DNA of 63,971 nt, filler included, from Choristocarpus tenellus KU-1152 (GCA_964200185.2; 11 parts of 11 records of this genome joined end to end with filler, not necessarily neighbours in it); one strand, 5' to 3'. Positions 13,161 to 26,918 are shown, numbered from the whole stretch's first letter. Notes: generated by a model from the letters alone, not told the origin. Made by a program: numbers and translations.

Positions 13161-16100
13161 CCACCCCTCCTCCACCTTTCGGTGTAACAGCCTGCTTAAA
13201 AAAGAGTTTCTCGAGCTCCTGAACCTCAGATTCTTCTGCAAGGTTCGGCAATGAGTTGGCTCTGTTTGCCCAAATGGTTCGGTTGATTGCAGCAGGAGGC
13301 AGCACTTCCCAGTGCAAGTTAAGCAAAGGAACCGACGACCTGGGTGATGGAACATTGGTGGCGGAGATTGGCAAGCCAGCAGTACTTCCAGAGCCTTCCC
13401 CCCCCACCGCAGATGTACTTGACTCAACAGCCTTCCTGAGTTTAGAAGAACTACCACCCTTAGGAGGAGGGGGAAGTGGAGGTGGAGGGGGAAGACCGCC
13501 CGTGACAACTGGGAAACTTGTCTTCACTGCTTTGGGCAGCAGTGGTGGTAAGGGTTTTTCTGCCTGGAGACCTTTGCTCTCACTTGGATATGGTTTGGTG
13601 CCAAGGAATGATGCAATAGTGCTTGGGGGCAATCCGTCCATACCCATCTTCTGTCCGACAGCGCCCGGGGGAATGCCTGCCTTGAGCATGCTCGCGTACT
13701 TAGCAAGGGCAGGGTCAGGAGTACTTGTCTTGGGTTGTGACTGCTGCGAAGGCATGGCTGCAGCCATACCTGGTACTCCATGGACCTTGTGATGGTCCTG
13801 CCTTGGGTTCACTGGGACTTCCAAGATGATGGAGGACTCATCCAGTCCCTCCATAGCCATCTTCTGGCGTACAGCACCCTCAGGAACGCCAGCCTTTAGT
13901 TTGACGAGCAAGTACACAGACAAATTTTCATGTGTGTGTGCGCGTGTATCATGTTTGACATCATTCTAGGGTCGTCATTCTTGACAGCCAATCAACAAGG
14001 TCGTTTAACATTTACGTTGAGGTCTACCATGTGGCAGAACTTGGCAAAATAAAGAGTTGAGAAGTACTGCAATAAAACTATTAACATGAAGATCATGGAT
14101 GGATGTCCCTGTATAGTACCACTGAGCTGGGATAACATGTATTAGGAGTGATATTCTCAAGGAAACTTTTCTTCCTCACTGCAATATTAGAATGCATTAC
14201 ACTACATGGCATACACAAGACCAGGAATGCGATAAGCACAATAGTATGCCCCCAACTGGTACTGGAATGACCTAAAGAACAGAGCGGGCTCACTTCCATT
14301 AAAAATAGACTGCACAACATAAGCTCATCTGAAACAACAAAAGCAACAGGGACACCAAAAATCCTTGCAGAAGTCACAACCCCTTCCCCCCTCCCTCAAA
14401 AATGCACACATATATACACATCAGATCACAATGCCTCCTTCCTGCCCCTTCCTATTCCTCACCTTGAGCATCATTTGGTACTTCTTCAGCCTAGGGTCCC
14501 CCTTCGCAGCCCCCACAGCAGGGGATGCTGGGGATGGGGGCTGGAGCTCAGGCACAACATGGCTGTTCAGAGCTGTAGACACAATGTCATCCAGATACGG
14601 CTTCTGTGACTCACCAGACTGGGGTACACCGGACTCACTGGCGCAATTGCTGAGCTTATTCTCCTCACCCTTCCCCTCCATCTCCCCACCTGCACAACCT
14701 CTACTACCAATATTTCTTTTGTTTGGTGTGCCCCAATTCCCCATTTTTCCTGCAGATGGAATTAACATCTCCGTCATGGGTCTCTCCTTCAACCCCTCTT
14801 CCTCCAGTTTAGGACTAAGGCTCCTTCCCAAACCCAGGGAGGGGCTTCTTCTCAACCTGCGCCGCCTCTGCAGGTTGGCATGGCTTGATTGTGCCTTCTT
14901 TTGCAAATCTTCCTTCAAATCCCTCTCATGCTGCTCGTGGGCCTCACGCAAGATCTGATAGCAGATAGAGTAGAAGGTATGTGGCATGGGTGGGAGGGAT
15001 GGGAGAGGTGAGGTTAGGTCATTGGCCATTGGATTAAGTTCAGTGGTTTAGACTGAATTGGAGGTGGGAGGCAGAGTGGAGTGTATGAACTGTTTGATAT
15101 AATACATTCATACGTGCGCACACACTTGTATGTGTGTGTGTGTGCAGTGGAAAAAGAAAGAGGAATAGTAGCATAGGGCAAGGGAGAGGAATAACACGAT
15201 ATACAAAAAAGATTGGCTGAGATCACTTCAAAGATGTTCACAAGGGAACACAACAAGAGGATAACCAAACACTGCCAAGACATCGCGTTGCCTATGTCGT
15301 GTCTCTGTCCCGACAAAGGGTGAGTGAAGTAGGAAGTTGCACTTAGGACGAGCACAAGAAGCTCTTCTTCTGATATAATCAAGAGCTGACCTTTGCGGGT
15401 GACTCTAGCATGATCACACCCTTCTTCATGCCCTTGAAAGTTGAGGCATTCTCACTCCCTTGCTGCTCACTTACTGTAAGAGACTTGGTAGGGGAGTATA
15501 CCACAACTGTGCTGCAAGGTGATTTGTGAGGGACAGCTGGTGTATCCCCTCCCTTAACAGGGGTGGCTGCGGCAGCTACGGGTCCCACGAAGTCCTTGCT
15601 CTGGGGCTGCCAGCGGGATTGGATGGACTTGAGCAGCTCTAGACAGTCTGAAGGGTTGGCTAGGCAAAAAGTCTGCTTGCCAGGCTTGTCTTTGTAGCTG
15701 TTGGGCCTGTGTACACATTGATGTTGAGGTATTATAGATTGTAGGACTACTGTAGTGCAGAGGGGCTAGGTATAAGGAAGAAATATGTCAATCAATCGCA
15801 GTGGCGTGTACCACACAGGATAGAACTAGAGATGCCACTTCCTGTGACTGTTAATGTGGTAAAGGCAATCCAATTCGAATCTGTTTTGGATAAGTGCTCT
15901 GATCCCCAGTAAGGCATGCTAAACACTCTATGATACACACCTTGAGATAACCTCGACCAAGACATCCCCAACCTGGCATTTAGACTCCTCCCCCGCTGAC
16001 ACACTAACACAACAGCTCTCCACCTCGCCAAAGTGCATCTCCCAGGTCACGGTACCATACCGCCGCCCCCTCCTTTCTTCTGGCTCTGACGATGGAGTTA

Positions 16101-17245
16101 TTGACCCATCCGGACTGTTCTGATCGGGCCAAACGCGAACCATCCTCTGCTTTCCAAGAATCACAACTCCTCCATCCTTACATCTGTAGTGTTGCGGTCC
16201 TGAGGTTTTGTTCGACCTGTCCAGCTGGTTCAGGTTGATACGAGACCCCTCACCAACCATATAACGGGCATCCCCTCTCCTTCCCTCGCGCGCAGAGATC
16301 CCTATGCTTGAGTTTAACTTGATCACATCTTCATTCAATTGTTCACCAGTTTGGGTCGAGGCCCAGGCTTCAGAAACCACTCTCCGATGTTGTCGGGGCC
16401 TTGGTTCTGGACTTTGGAACCCGAGATTGGGAGTTGGATTGGTTGCCTTTGCTGGCGAAAGCGGTAACTTCACTGCACCTAGTGTCTTATTCTTGCTCCG
16501 CCTCCCTTCGATAGATGCGGAGTTTCTGCTGACACAGTTAAGGACTCCAGCGGCTTCCCCACCAGAAACGGTGCCTCGTACACACTGGGAACTGTTGTGA
16601 GGCATACGAAAGGAGAGGGCATTCTCCAGCTGCACCTGGCTCCGCTCAGCATTTTCTTTCAGGAGCGGTGTTTGCTTGAACAAGGGCTTTGTGACACTGG
16701 CGAGGGCTTCGAGAGGCCGTACAACCACCTAGTGTAGGAATGGTAAGTCAAGTGTGGATGAAGTAGGGGTCTGCTGCTCTTACGAGTCTGCAGGTACAAT
16801 CGCTAAAGTCAAGCAATTACTAAAGAAAAACCCCACTGCATTGCAACACGAGCATAGCTTTGCCCAAGACTCCTAAACGCTGTGGCATGGGAGTTTTCAA
16901 AGTCGTCACCTGAAACGTGTTGGACAGCACGGCTGTTGTGGAACGTGCGAGGTCAGCCGCATCACCTCGCATACCATTCACCAATGTCATGAAAAACAAG
17001 GAAAAATCATCTGTAGGAATTTCGAGGTCGCCTTGGAAGTCTTGTCCGCATCCTTCTTGTGGTTGGAACCAGTTATCACTATGGTTTGAACTCTGAAGTC
17101 GAGGAGTGAGAGGCGAGACCTCCTCAACTTTGGAATCAAGTAAGAGCGCCGCTGGAACTCTCTTCGTCCTTGGGCTATCATCTAAAGGCCGCGACCGGCC
17201 CCGTGTCAACTTGCTGTCCCCGTGAGGGGCCCTTCGAGACCGCAT
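13161..17245 (-). CDS. Formin (FH1 plus start of FH2), 3'-truncated at a linker; exons 17245-16910, 16728-15941, 15706-15391, 14954-14463, 13893-<13161
   Basis: All splice phases are compatible. Contains polyproline PPPPPLPPPP, the FH2 lasso LLNLHWEVLPPAAINRTIW...ELEKLF, and two KYxxMLKAG(V/I)PxGAVxQKMxM(E/D)GL repeats. Confidence 0.88.
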
Positions 17246-17803
17246 TTGTTCCTATGAACTTTGTAGGAGATGGGATCTCCCAAAAAAGGTCACCAGAAAA
17301 ACCGACCGTTTGTCATTTTACAAATCACATACCACTATACAATACCACTGTTTTGTTGTTATTGTTGGGTGTTTCTATCTTCATGTTAATCATATCCTTT
17401 CCGTTATCTTTTTTTTTTCTTGAGTGACACCCTCTCTATTTTCAAGAGAGATGGATTCGAAAGTAAAGACGCCTTCCCAGGCAATTTCCTTTTTTCAACA
17501 CCCCCACCTTACAGCACATCATATACCCTTCTTCACCCTGACCTTGCAATCCAACCTCAACAAACCTCAAGCAAACCTCTCCACTCGATCTCAATCTTAC
17601 TTAAAATCCAGCCATCAATAATTAATCTTAGCACCTAAGCACTTGTGAGGCTTCCGGCGATACCAGGATCGAGAACCTTTTACACTGTGTTGTCGACTTG
17701 GAAATCCTTATCATTGAAGGAGTCATTTGCGAGCTCTGAGGGGACGGTTCTGGATTGCCGAGGGTGGTATTGTGGATTTATACGCATCAAATAATCCCTG
17801 AAG

Positions 17804-18259
17804 ATGGCGGGATCCTTTGGGATAGCGACGAACTCCTGGAGTTCTCAACAAAGAAGGCAAGTATTCAAAATTGAACTTCGAAATTTGGATAGTTGAAATC
17901 GTGGAGGCATGGCCTCCTCCAATGGATGCCCTTTTCATTAAGCGAGCCATATAGGGTGTTTTATACTCTCTTTCATTACCTTTCTATCGACAACCCACAG
18001 GCTTCGTCCTTCAGGAATGTTTACGATTTACGCGGGCTCGTGCACACCAACCAACTTTTCACCATCTTGCGAGTGGACGCCTTATCAATGGGGCGATAAA
18101 GCTAGGGAGGAGAACAAGGAGAATATCGACCCAGCCACCAAAGTTTGCGTGCATTCATCAATCCCTAACCGCAAAAAACGGCCACATGATTCACGGCAGC
18201 CGTTGCGAGAGTTGGCAAGGACCAAATTCGAGACAACGGCTCTCAAGAGGATGCGGTGA
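17804..18259 (+). CDS. 103-aa protein with KEN box, D-box and MR tail (putative APC/C regulator); exons 17804-17856 and 18001-18259
   Basis: Contains NKENIDP, RQPLREL and the C-terminus LKRMR-stop. Exon 1 joins in phase through an AG|GCAAGT donor and a cccacag acceptor. An unspliced start at 18017 (80 aa) is also possible. Confidence 0.65.
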
Positions 18260-21200
18260 TTGGACGTTGGAATCTCTCAGAGACAACGGTGTAGAACACA
18301 TGAATTGGTCTCGAGATGAACCTCGTTTCTAGAGATGCTCGGATTGCTATGTTGTGTTGAGTCAATGTGCTGTTGGGGAGGGCTCCACCCTATGGCCAGT
18401 ATGCACAGCTGAAGTTGGAGTGGCCAGCATGTTCATGCCGTGGCGTGGCCGCCAAAGCAATTGTAGGGCATTGTATTGTGATCTATTGTATTTGTATAGG
18501 ATCGTTCCCGTGGGTTGCTTTCCGGCTAATTTTGGTCCCTTGATGAGCTTCAAAGGGATGGACAGGGAGAATGAGCATGCCTGCAGTGGGGGCATTTTGC
18601 TCGCTGTCCTGGCAAAACGGGACATACTAGCCGTTTGCAGAGAGATGAGGTTGGGCAAGATATCTTTAGCAATTATACATGTTCCATGCGGAAGAAAGTG
18701 GGAAAGATAGGGTGGCAAGCAGTGGGAGCTTTGCCCTCTCTCGTCCTACTGGTGCAACGATCCCCTTGTATACGGGTGCCTCAAGCTCCCCTTACGAAGA
18801 GCTTACTTTAACGTGTGAACTGGCTTGTGTATGTTTGTGTGTGCCACCCTTGTTGGTGTGCATGAATGTATTGTAATGTGAATATATGTGTGGCAAGGCA
18901 AAACTTGTCCCATTCTTACATGGGTGTCTTGTGGTGACATAACCATAGGAAACAAACCTGCACTTTTCTTTCTTCGACCACATATTCCATATCGCAAATA
19001 TGCAGCACAATGCCCACTCAATCCTTCTTAACCCAAAGCCCAACAACTGTGCTGCACCCATACACCACAGACGACCTCATAGTTGCTTTTGTGTGCAATG
19101 CAAGGGTCTCCCCTGCACTTCCCTCATAAACAATTTACAGATCAAATAGGCCTGGACCACTTTGTCATCTCGTGTTGATGAGTAATCACATTTTCTATCA
19201 CTCTCCTTGAACCTTGCAATTAAAATGCACCCAGAAAGAAATGAGTTGGCAAAAGATATGTTGCGATTTTGGAGGTATTTTCTGAAACAAGGTTGCCCAT
19301 TGGCATTGGGCCCAACCTGCAAGACTTCCACTGATGATATCACGCATTTATTCCCTGCATTAAAGGATCTACCATGCTTGTACTACAATGGGACACATTA
19401 CCCCTTGACATCTAACAACTACTCCAAGCACAAGCAGGCAGCAGAGGAATGGATCCAGAATCATACTCTAAATAACTTAAAAGACAGCACATGGCAAATT
19501 TAGTGAAGGATTGCCATATTTATTCACCATTTGACTTTTCTCATGCATGACCTTGACAGTGAGAAGTTGCCCCTCATCCCCTTTCAACCCTCTCAACTTT
19601 CCAAGGGGCGAACTTGCAATAACAACCCATCCCCTCCACAGCACCAACCTATGCACCACTGATGAGACAGTGTGCATGCACTACGGTGAGGAATAATGCC
19701 AACCCAATCCTAAGCAAACCCCCACCACACTACACTACTTCGGTTTTGCAGAGAGGAATCCACTGCTGGAGTCAAACCACTTTTTGTTGGCTTGTTTGAC
19801 CTTTTCTGCATCCAAGTCTGCATTTGGATTCACCAGCTCCAGCCCCTGCAATCGAGTCAAATGGATGTAGGATATGGGGGCAGCGGGAAAAAGGCACATG
19901 AAGCATTTGCTTCTGCTGTCATTACAGACTCAAGGGGAGTAGGGAGATTTCAATATCAATTCTGTTGATAAAATTACATGTTGGTCCTCTTTCTGCTCTG
20001 CGCAACACAAAAGGCCTTTGCTTTCAACCCTTGTGTGGTGGAGTGGTTGAGGGCAATGTACTCAAGGTCTACTACACCTCTCACCTAGAAGAAAATTCTA
20101 AAACATCTAAACACACCATGCCCACCAGACAACCACAAACCATAAAGCTATAAAACCTGGGAATAAAATGGTTCACTCACCTTGAAAAGTGCACCTACCC
20201 CACAAAAAAAAAGAGGCACAAGCAAGACAAAATAAGGTGTACCCCTTCCATATATCATAAGACAAGAAACATGAGCCGTAACTACAAGCTCAGAAAGAAC
20301 GATATGAGATTTCATAGTATATCACCACATCATTGCACCAGCACCATACCACACACAAGTCACCCTTACCCCCACCCACCCTTGCTGTTTGAAGACAGGC
20401 AAACGCACATACAGACCTGTACAGGTGTGAACACTAGGCTTGAGTTGAGACCATTTGTTTGGCCAGAGCTGAGGTTTGCCACACGCAGCTTCTTGCTGAC
20501 GCTCTGTTTCTGTTCCTTCTTAAGTGGAGCACGCACTCGCCCACTACCTGACTTGCCTGTCAGAAAGGAGGTGATTGGGGAGAAGTCGGAGTGAATGCAC
20601 CCTATTGGATCACTCGATGTCAAACACATGACATTTCCATCTATTGGTGAAATCTTGCCCATCAACCTACAGGTTAAAAGAATCTCATCTAAGGGTCAAC
20701 AATACCAGTTGCTTCGCCTAAATAGGTCGTTACACCAGACTGGGCCACAAGCTGGCTCAGGAAGATTTTGGTTGAAGGGCTGAACCAGGTTCAAAGGGTA
20801 TTCTTGATGGGCTGGACCAGGGCAGTAAGAATTCGGGTGGGACCGGGTCATGGGCTGACTCGAGAAAGATATGTTTTGAAAGGACAGGACAGGATTTCCG
20901 TTTGTCTCCAGAAGTGCACATGCCACCAAAACCCGTATCTGAGAGGCCAAAATGCTCCCTGTCTGAGAAGTTACCCCTCACCAAAGTCACAATAGTCTCA
21001 CCATACCTCTCCTCCAAGCAGCCATTGTGCTGTCCCCCTTCAATGTAGCAGTGATGCCTACCTTCACACCTCACTGTACACGAGAAGGAGCACCGCCGTG
21101 TCAAAGGTATTCACATGCATCATAGACAAACAATACTACATAGTATACTGGTGAAGCACAGTAGCATTACCCACCCAAAATGATGTTAACACCTCTGACC

Positions 21201-21949
21201 TGCACATACTTCGCCAACATTGAATGGCTGGTTTGCCAGCTGATAGTAGTACTTGGGCTTCTTGTTGTGATGTTGCTCCTGATGTGGTACCAAGAGCCCT
21301 GTTGCATTGATCCAATCAGATCAAGAGTCCTCCGCAAGCACTTGTCACAATAGTATGTCTTTAGGTGCTATCGTCAGGCTGGATTACCGCCTGATAAATC
21401 TCCCTCGTTCCATGATCCTTGCCTTACTATCTTGAAATACTTCAGCCCAGGGAGGCACCTCACTGTCGAGGCACTTCCTGCAAGTACCCACCGCCAAATA
21501 TTACTGTCAACCATGGACATCAATAAGTTACCATGCCGCAGACTTGATGCACCAGACTGGCCCATCACCCCAACTGACTTGTTGGACAGGGCTCCATCAT
21601 GAGGGGTAGTTGTCAAGGGCTGCGGGCTAAGTGGTGAGTGTGATGTTTAGCTACCATCAGCGCTACCATTACTAACTTTCCTCACAATCACTGTTGCTAC
21701 CATCACCACTATCACTACTGCTACTCATTAGAACTCAGCTATCCTCAATACCTATTGTTCACTCCGCACTGGTCCTCCCTCCCTTCACTCACTGCAGTGT
21801 GTGCATATATAGCACTAGTATGCAATAGGAATTAAATGTAGCACAACTTTTGCAGCCCCAATGAAGAACCAAGATTTTTTTCGGATGCTCATATTTTATG
21901 GGTGCACTGTGCAGATACTACAAGGTTGCCCATCAAAATCTCAAGCAAA

Positions 21950-23435
21950 ACGAGGCAGCCTACACCTATCTATGATCTCACCCCCAAAGCCCTTCAAAAC
22001 TCCATTCCAGCACAGTAATTGCCGCATCCACCAGGGCATTCGGGGGGTGCTTGCTCGCCTCCTCAGTCTTTTCCTTGCTAAGATGGGGAGTTTTGAAGAG
22101 GTTGTCAAGCCTGGATCCCAGCACTTCACCGTAGACTGGAAAGAGGCACTGCCAGATGTGCTGTAGTGGCTCCCAGGGGTACACATCGAGTGCCTCCATT
22201 GTGGTCTCAACTAGCTCCACTGTGTTGGTCACCCCCACGTCTTCCTTCAGTTGCTGGATGGAACGAAAGAATCCCAAAGAAGCCCTCAGGTGAGTTGGCT
22301 GGCTGAGCCTCTATGACAATGTCTTCCCTTGCTGCATTCTCGAATCCCTCGATGATCCCTCCTTGGTGTGTGGCTTTATCCCGTCCTGCTGCATGAACAT
22401 GGTCTGTCCTTCCGGACAAGGCACACGGACCTTGATTGCCAGGGTGACATCCTCGATCATGAGCTTCTTATTCCTCTCCTTGTCCACCGTGGCTGGCACA
22501 AGTCACCTTGCTGCCCTTGAGGCATTGTTTGCTGGAGCACTGAGCGACCTTAGCATCCATGGATTTGTAAGGTTCCAAATTTCCCATCAAGCCACACCCC
22601 CTTGCAGCTGTTGCCTAGGACGGGCAACAGCTGCAAGGAACAGCACCTTCATGACGTAATTATGTGCTTATTCTTTGCCCGTGGGGGTTTGGGGGCGTCC
22701 TCAGTGGGGTGCAGGTACACCCCTTGCACATCTTCTTGGATGTAAAACCAATTCTCGTCCACATGCACTCAGTCATGCAGATCGTCCACTACTACCCCAC
22801 TTCCTTCCTTCCTGTGCGTGTGGCTGATAATGAAACCCACCATGTTGACTTTCTGCTGGTCTGAGAGGATTGCCTTAATCCACCACTCGACCCTCCTTCA
22901 CCCTCTTGCACTTACATAGATCCCGCAACGAGGCAAGGGAGACCTCAGCTTTAGCCGCCCATTTGTGGAAGGATCTTCAGTGTGCCGATGGTAAATCCCA
23001 AACATCAAAGGTACTTGTATATTGTCCACATTGCCCCTTGCGATGTCGTACAAGGTCCATGCATTCACCCCATGTCATCTGGCTGTCATACTCCTTCAGA
23101 TGACGGAACACAGGTGATTCGGGAAATTTTGAAGTCCTCTGTAATGGCCGCCGCCATACCCCAAGGCACCTGAGTCTTAGGCCCTCTCACCTCCAGGCAT
23201 CGTGCCACCACGCTGTTCTTCATCAAGGTGGTGGACCCATAACCCTGGACAGACTTCTGGGTCTAAGAATTGGGACTGACGGGCGATGACGGGATGAGCG
23301 AGCCGCTCAAACGACCAGGCCAAAAAAATGGCTTTGTCCTGGGTATACTAATACACACTCGCTTTGACAGTTTCATGAGGTATTGAACCCTGTCAAAAGC
23401 GACTTGGTCAACTTTGCACTGGTGGTCATCTACAG
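21950..23435 (-). mobile_element. Degenerate mariner-like (DD39D type) DNA transposon
   Basis: Motifs VHVDENWFY, HNYVMKVLFLAAVARPR, MFMQQDGIKPHT and QPANSP are split over several frames. A probable TIR near 23405-23433 resembles the end of the second copy at 33724. Confidence 0.85.
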
Positions 23436-26400
23436 TCATGACAGCCCACCATCTCAACCTTTGCGTACCTAACAATCTTTATGACAACTAAGCATCATCC
23501 AGAAGGTTTATCACGTGGGTCATTCCCGGGCAAGAACGGAGCTTGCAAAGGTTACGTTATATTAATTCCAAATAGAGAAAGTATGTAAGCGTTAGGATGA
23601 GAGTAGGTAAATGGTGGAATCAATCTTTCAGTAACCAGTGTTGAACACCAGACACAAAAACATTCTATTCTGTAGTCCAGTATAATGATATACTTATACT
23701 ATGCAATGTGAAAAACTTCATTGTACTATTATATTATTTGCCAATGAATATCATTCAGTATGCTCCAATCATACTATATATTTTCATCTAAAATATGTAC
23801 AAAAGATGAAGATTCAGCACTCCTGGACCAGACCAGAGAATACCTTCATTTAGACAGGACTGGCCTGGGAAAACATGGTTTAACTCAACCGAGCCAGGGC
23901 ATGAACAAATTTCCCAAATCAACCCTGCACACCACCCTGATCATGGGGGTAAGGTGCCTTGTTGAAGGGACCAATTTTGAGCTTAAGAAAAAAAGGTTCA
24001 CGGACTGGGTTGGCTAACTAACTGCCAACCTGGTGTAAAGTCTACATGTTCAGCTTGTCGTACCATGGCTCTCTTCCTGTGGGCAACCTTGGCGTATCAA
24101 CCTGCCCACTCCACATTGCCACAAATAAGAAAGCACACAAGAAATCATAATCATCACACATGTCAATAGATCCTATATTTCTTGAATCCTTTATCAACAC
24201 ACACACACACACATGTTATGCTTGCTTCCAGGTCCTTACCCACTTTCAAACACCGAGACGCGAGTACAAGTTAGGGTTAGGGTTTTCAACGGACCAGCGG
24301 TTAAACAGACCGTCTGACCACACGGGGAACACAGGCCGGTCAAGCGCCCTGGTGCAGTCACATTTCTGATGGCCCTGAACTGGCTCTATTAAAAAAAAAT
24401 AGTATCGAAGTAATTGGAAGGATTTCACGGGGACTGGTCCATAGCCCAGTCTGGATGAAAACCCTGGTGGTCCGTGACTAGTCCTGTTAAAACACACTAC
24501 AATCTTTGTAGCATTTTTCCAGGGCCAGTCCAAGGTTCAGTGAAGTATAAATCTACGACAGTCTGGGACAAAATGGTATGTTACCTTGGACTGTTCAGGT
24601 TGAGATGGGTTGTACCTTTCCCATCGATATATTTATGCCCGGCAAAGCACCAAGATGTCCCCGATATGTGTAGGAACAAAGGTGTCTTTTCAAACATCAA
24701 TAAACGTGGTCTAGGTTGGGGACATGCTGTATCCATGTGTGTATGTTTGTGTAGTGCACATCACCTTTTAATGAACAAAATAACAACAGTGTGGGTTCTT
24801 CTAATAAGGATCAAAATTACATACAATGCACTATGTACAATACAGATATAGCTCCAAACAAGAGGAGCTATCAAATTATCAAACTGTTGCATAATAATCA
24901 TCATCATCATCATCACCTGTCAAGTCAACCAAGAGCTACCCCCCCCCCCCCCCCCCCAACATATAAAAATTTTTTTTTATAATTTTCATCATAACCCAAG
25001 GGCGTGAGCAGANNNNNNNNNNNNNNNNNNNNNNNNNNNNNNNNNNNNNNNNNNNNTTAATTAATTAANNNNNNNNNNNNNNNNNNNNNNNNNNNNNNNN
25101 NNNNNNNNNNNNAAAACAAAAAAAACAAAAAAAAGAATCCCCCCGCCACCGCGCGGGGGGGGGGGGGGGGGGGGGGGGGGTTGAAGGAGTGATCGGGTAC
25201 GACCTGGTAACGTACGCCTGCCAACAGATGCACATGCTGTTGATGATATGTGTTCAATACCTCATACCGCCATCAGGTTCTGTCACAGTGGTTAAGTTAC
25301 TTAGCCGCACTGATGCTTGAGGCTCGTAATTCTGTATCATTACTTGGTATTATACCCTGTTCACCAACACACTTCCAAAGCAGAAAATTAAAAAATTAAC
25401 AAATAAAAACATTCGATTGACCCCCCCCCCCTTGGAATTAGATTTTGGATTGATCGCGACGCACCGCCAATATAATTAAATATCCACAAACGCCATCCAA
25501 GATTCTCCCAAAAAAAAACGTTTGCGAAGAAATTTCGTGTCAGCGTGGTCCTAATCCGTGAACAGGCGAACTTCATCGAAGGGAGGTATTGGTGATAGGA
25601 GTTGTATGCTCTACCGTCAAAGATCACCATTGAATAGTGCAACACAACAGAGTCCAACCGTTACCTCGTAGTCTCTTTTTTAATTTATTTCGCCACAGTG
25701 ACCGCCAATAGTGACCGGTATTTCAAGGCAAGCCTTTCCCCCAAAAGGGGCTCACACAGGGTGAACAAGTTGAGTTATTCTTACATGAAAAGGTTCCTCC
25801 TTCTGACCAAATAATATTTTGATTTGATATTGTAGAGTCACCTCGGAGTTGGGAAGTATGGATTACATGTACTTATGTTCAGTAGTAATGGTAATCGTTG
25901 TTGGCTAACCCAGGTGAGAAGGAAATGCTGGAAGGTGTTACAAAACCCATTTGGTTCCCAGCATGGAGCAGCCCATCATTACACAAACAAGATTTCACTT
26001 ACAAGCATGATAACAGCCTAGCCTTCACAGCTGCCTACAATCATTGAGAGATAATTTTATTCTTCCCTACAACACAAGTGTATATTTGGTACTAGATCAT
26101 AAGCCAACATACACTTACACATGCTTGCACATGGCTGTATACATGTTCTATCTCCTTCGTCAAAAAACACCATAAAGGAACACAGGAGGAGAAACAAGTC
26201 TCTTTGTTGCTCAAATTCGGTGTATTGAATTACGACAAGGAAGAAAGAAGCATTGTGTTTGCTTGTACCATATTTGTCCTACTGCTCAAGGTGGTGAGCA
26301 TGAGCGGGCGTGCGTGCTTATTTGTGTGTTTATCGAATCAACTTGAGCAGGGTGCTCCAACTATGGTGTTGCAGGCGTACATGCAGTCCGAGACAGATGA

Positions 26401-26918
26401 AAGAGGGTGTTGAGATGGTCAGAAAGAAAATAGAAGGACGGTGACCCATCGTCATCCAATACGAGGGTTCTTAAATGTAAGGAATCAAACACTTATCAAC
26501 AATCATATGCAGTGACAGTAACACAAGTGGCGCAAGGCCAAAAGACTATGACTATACCTGTCGCAAGGCACACCGTATTGGTTCAACATGTTAACGATGA
26601 CGATCCCGAGTCAGAAACAGATCAGGTAACTGAGACACACCCCAGAAGATCATTCCATTCAAACGCATTGTGATAAACAATAATGGTAACAGGCTTGGGC
26701 ACTTTATCTATTATGGGAGACACTGAGAAATATAGAGATTCACAGGTGCAATCAGGTGTGGCCAACTTCTGCTCATACTCAAGGCTGCTATAGTTTGCAC
26801 CAAACTGATCAACCTATCCTGAAGGTCTGCGACTCTACGGTCGACACATTTCTCCGAACACAGGGGAATACATGACATATTTGCAGGGATGTAGGCAGGG
26901 AACACCTAGCCCTCTTAC

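Noticed and set aside
13256-14958. Plus-strand ORFs of 178 and 197 aa
   Set aside because: Antisense to formin exons.
15941-16060. PDZ domain in the formin (CQVGDVLVEV)
   Set aside because: No GLGF-like loop is present, and the full spliced context fits a PH-like pattern better.
21914-24098. 17/19 inverted match (gatac..caaggttgccca) bracketing the first mariner as possible TIRs
   Set aside because: No TA duplication at the ends, and a better TIR candidate lies near 23430. Probably a separate dispersed repeat.
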